Assembly: GCA_965235115.1 (NCBI GenBank)
Contig: OZ249439.1
Location: 11,222,001-11,286,000 of the forward strand
Direction: 5' to 3'
Length of the DNA stretch: 64,000 nucleotides
From: Laetmonice hystrix
Taxonomy: Eukaryota
The notes beneath the pieces are model-generated. The model had not been told where the DNA came from, ran no database searches, and saw only the letters and a program-made list of their open reading frames with translations. The translations under genes and the position numbers were made by a program. Below are positions 60,203-64,000 of this stretch, in pieces; position 1 is the first letter of the stretch; the number at the start of each line of letters is the position of its first letter.

Positions 60203-61900
60203 GCTCCAGCCACACGAACCAGCCGGACGTCGAGGTGAGAACCCAGGGAGGCAGTGGGCGTGGTGGCCTGCTGAACAGACTCGGATTCTACAAGGAGTTA
60301 AAGGGAACGGCACGCCTGGCCTGGGCTCTGGTAAGGGATCTGTGATCTGGTAAGGGTATAAGGGATCTGAGATCTGGTAAGGGATCTGGGCAATCTGCTT
60401 GTCGGCCGAACAAACACGGTGTTCTGTTTTGATTGATGGTACGGTTCCATTAATGTAAAGAAACTACTTTATTATAACATTCTTGTATATATTTGGAATA
60501 GGCATCGGTTCCCCACAATGCAGAAATGTCCGTGTGCCTTGTAAATTTGTCACATAATAGGCGTGTAGCAGCTGTCCATTGTGTTCTTCCGTCCTAAAGT
60601 ATCTTTCCCCTCCCTATTTATTACCTGCAGGTTGTAACCGAGATGGCCGAGATATATTTTCAACCTGTCGCAACGATGTTTGGAGGTCACCTCGGCAAAG
60701 TGGAACTCGACAGTATAGCATTGGCTAACTCGGTATTCGAGATAATTGAGATCCACAGAAATTTGACTGATTATATCCTCTTACAGTTCCCCTATATTTG
60801 TTAAAGAATATCGACCTATAATTATAAGCTATTGTTTCTCTACAAGTTGCACATTCACTTAACATGACAGTTAATTATGGTGACTGGCCTCTCTATCGCT
60901 GTGGGTATGTCAACTTCCTGCGACACTATCTTCTCTCAGGTACGAATTCAACGGATCTAGGATCTATATTCAGGGGGGTGCAGCATAAAAAGGACAAACC
61001 GAGGGGGAGGGGGTCCGTTGTAAAAAAATAAGGCATTTTGGTTATAAAAAGTGAAATTTGGGGATTTGACTGTGATTGGTTCATGTTGCAGGCCTACGGA
61101 AACGGGAATTATCCATTCATCGGCGTGCTTTTACAACGTTGTAAGTATTCCATAGTCGGGTGTGAATTCGCCCACTTTGGACGAATTAAATGGGTATGAA
61201 GATTAGCTTGAATTATTTTCTCTTTCAGCTCTTATGATTCACCTTTTAGCATTATTACCATGCTTCGCCCTTCACCTTAACCTCGCTCCTATCCTGATCG
61301 CTATGGGGCAGGACAGAGANNNNNNNNNNNNNNNNNNNNNNNNNNNNNNNNNNNNNNNNNNNNNNNNNNNNNNNNNNNNNNNNNNNNNNNNNNNNNNNNN
61401 NNNNNNNNNNNNNNNNNNNNNNNNNNNNNNNNNNNNNNNNNNNNNNNNNNNNNNNNNNNNNNNNNNNNNNNNNNNNNNNNNNNNNNNNNNNNNNNNNNNN
61501 NNGGGTCCAGATCATTTAGGTTTCGGCCGATTTCCAAAGAGCATATTTCCACGGCATTGACTAAAATCTAGATTGATAAATCCAGCTTTGCTGACACCAC
61601 AATAACTTCTGTCTCAACCTATGCGCAGACTTGCAGCGAGGTACCTCCTGATATTCATGCCGGGCATGCTGGTACGTATAGTTTCACTCTCCACATCTCA
61701 GTGAATTCCGCTCGTCATCCTAAACAATCACTGACTTGGAGTGTGTGTATGTTCCAGGCTGTGTTTGGTTGGTTGGTGATCCGGAAGTACACCCAGTGTC
61801 AGAACGTCACAGTTCCACACATCGCTATATCTCTGGGTGTTCACGGCATCCACGCCGTTCTACAATACGTCTTCCTTTACCAGTTCCACTGGGGAGTAGA
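60203..61900 (+). CDS. SLC47A1: MATE (SLC47A-like) transporter, paralog C; partial (continues beyond window, one exon end lost in N-gap)
   Basis: Exons 60203-60330, 60631-60732, 60871-60939, 61092-61140, 61229-(61319, gap), 61629-61671, 61758-61900, with the same lengths and phases as A and B. Motifs: ELKGTARLAWAL, MFGGHLGKVELD, CDTIFSQAYG, KYTQCQNV. The symbol denotes family only. Confidence 0.88.
60325..60390 (+). repeat. Triplicated donor TCTG|GTAAGGG at MATE-C exon 60203-60330
   Basis: Donor-like sites at 60331, 60350 and 60377. Confidence 0.75.
61320..61502. other. Assembly gap (183 N)
   Basis: Run of N beginning 9 nt before the expected end of a MATE-C exon. Confidence 0.99.
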
Positions 61901-61989
61901 GTAAGCGACCTCTTTTAGCAGTGAACACCAGCTCCATTGTTACGTCTCCCCCCAGCTGGGGGAGACGTTTTGTTTTGCACGCTGTTTCT

Positions 61990-61994
61990 GACCG

Positions 61995-62049
<55 letters not shown>

Positions 62050-62075
62050 TGTTTCTTTCTTTCTTTGTTTCTTTT
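61990..62075. repeat. (TTTC)n microsatellite
   Basis: Direct reading of the sequence. Confidence 0.95.
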
Positions 62076-63046
62076 ATTTTCTTCTTTTTGGAATAACTCG
62101 GCCACTGTTAGAGAGGGAGTTATCAAATTTGAAATGGCCCGACAGAACCTTCTGAAAAATCTTTGTTTCTACTTATAGTGCCATTTGACCTTTGACCTCT
62201 TCTGTGGCACGAATGTGCCAACTTGTGCTGTGATCACGATAACGCGAGAAAAATAGCCTGAATCGATCCAAAATTGGTATGTCGGCCTTCTTTCATCCGG
62301 GGCTTGGACAAGTTCGAAAACCAGTTTGGTTGACCCAGAACTTTCAAGATGGCGGCTGATCTAAAAAAAATGGCACGTGCCATTTTTTTGCCAAAGCCAT
62401 AACTCGGAAAATACTGGCTAGAATAACATCAAATTTGGTCAGCAGGGTCATCTATGTGCCAAATTTAGATTTCCCGGAGGACACGTTCCTGTGACCCCAG
62501 ATGACCTCTGTGTGACCTTCAACATTTTCGAAGTGGTTGGGCGCTTACTTGACGTCAGCTCAAAAACTACCGGGGCTAGAAAGTCCTAATTTGGGGAAAA
62601 GACAACTGTGGATATTTTCTCGGGATTTTGCTATTTTTAGCACTTCATGACCTTTGACCTCAGTACCGTGCCAACCGTAGAGAAACCTTTTATATATCCC
62701 AAACCCCTGACCGTATCTTTATGAAACTTGGTGGAGAAGAATCTCCAGGTCTTTGCCTACAACCGCTACATTAAGTGTTTTTCTCTACAGTTAATAGTTT
62801 CCGACTTATGCGGCTTACACAGCGCGTAAACAATTTGTTTCTGATTGGCTGTATGCTAATGAGTATCCAGAACTAGCGTGGGAAAAAAAATTCGCCAGCG
62901 GGCCCACTCCCAGTCACTGGCCTGTGCGCCTGTTCTCAGCCGTTGTCCCTGGCAACCCCCGCCAATCCCCAGTCAGGCGTCCTTCTCAGCCGTGGTAACT
63001 CCCCCCCCCCCAAACCCCTACACGGGCCGGCCGCCCGTCCCCCACC

Positions 63047-63284
63047 TATGGAATACCGGCGACGACATGCGAGATGCGAGACAGTGTGTTTGGGTTAGGG
63101 TAAAGGTTAGGCCTACGGTTAGTGTTAGTTTTCACTTTAGCCCCAAAATTATTGTTAAATAGGCACTAATTGAGCAGTGGATCGTGATGTCGGTGTCAAT
63201 AAGAAACATTCTATGTGCTAAATTGACACTGTTCGGTTCCATGTCGCTTCTCGCATCTCGCATGTCGTCGCCGGTATTTCCATA
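63047..63284. mobile_element. ~240-bp MITE with ~35-bp TIRs and an internal TTAGGG-like tract
   Basis: TATGGAATACCGGCGACGACATGCGAGATGCGAGA vs TCTCGCATCTCGCATGTCGTCGCCGGTATTTCCATA; core GGGTTAGGGTAAAGGTTAGG. Confidence 0.75.
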
Positions 63285-63424
63285 CCCCACCACCAGATCC
63301 CACAACTGAGTTACATAACACTTCCACGCTCCACCAACAACCACCAACTCCTTTACCACAGCCAGCACATCGCACACCCACACCCACACCCCTACCCACA
63401 TACATACATACCTTATCGTCATCG

Positions 63425-64000
63425 GTATTTTCAGCTAGCAGTAACTTGGCAATAGAGCCAGATAGGCCCATAGTTACTATTGAAGACAGATAGGAGTCAT
63501 ATATGGCCTTTAAAATGACACCATTTTTAATTAGGTCACGTGACCCTACGTGACTCTATGATGTCATCAGTATTTTCAATTAGCAGTAACTTGGAAATAG
63601 AGCCAGATAGGCCCATAGTTACTATTGTAGACAGATAGGAAGTCATATATGGCCTTTCAAATGACACCATTTTTAATTAGGTCACGTGACCATATATGGC
63701 TGTATGACGTCATCAGTGTTTTCAGCTGGCAGTAACTTGGAAAAAGAGCCAGATAGGCCCATACGTACTAGTGAAGACCCATAGGAAGTCATATATGGCC
63801 TTTCAAATGACACCATTTTTAGTTAGGTCACGTGACCCTACGTTGCCCTATGACGTCATTGGTATTTTAAGATGGCTGTAACTTAGAAACAGAGCCAGAT
63901 GGGTCCATGGTTCCTATTAAACTCATATGGAAAATCATATATGAGTTTTCAATTTACGTCAATTTAAATGCTGTCACGTGGCCCCATCTGGCTTAATGAC
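63425..64000. repeat. ~146-bp tandem repeat x4 (possibly subterminal repeats of a DNA transposon), truncated by window end
   Basis: AGCCAGAT(A/G)GG anchors at 63456, 63601, 63747 and 63893. Confidence 0.85.

Overview
Eukaryotic genomic DNA from an animal, probably an invertebrate: GT-AG spliceosomal introns and many minisatellites and MITEs, with no prokaryotic features, RNA genes or CRISPR arrays that I can support. All genes are on the + strand. (1) 2264-27545 is the 3' part (13 exons, 5'-truncated by the window) of an inverted-formin gene. Its FH2 resembles FHDC1/INF1, but it keeps an INF2-like DID remnant and a WH2/DAD-like motif, and it ends in a ~1500-aa terminal exon containing nine dispersed copies of an unrecognised ~16-aa motif. 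(2) A head-to-tail cluster of three MATE/SLC47-family transporter paralogs follows: A 33807-43570 (18 exons, 617 aa), B 45349-56827 (18 exons, 606 aa, one GC-AG intron) and C from ~58.4/60.2 kb running off the window. All share the same intron positions. The most striking pattern is that tandem arrays repeatedly originate exactly at splice junctions, so each unit carries an exon end plus its splice site (30 copies of a donor in MATE-B, ~20 copies of an acceptor region in the formin, triplicated donors in MATE-A and C). In every such array checked, use of the extra sites would introduce a premature stop. The MATE paralogs also show a rebuilt substrate cavity (His-x-x-His in TM5, Glu-x-x-Glu in TM1 of B and C, loss of the TM1 and TM7 prolines) and acidic dileucine sorting motifs. 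Gene models were assembled by eye from splice sites, phase consistency and remembered family sequences. No database search was run.
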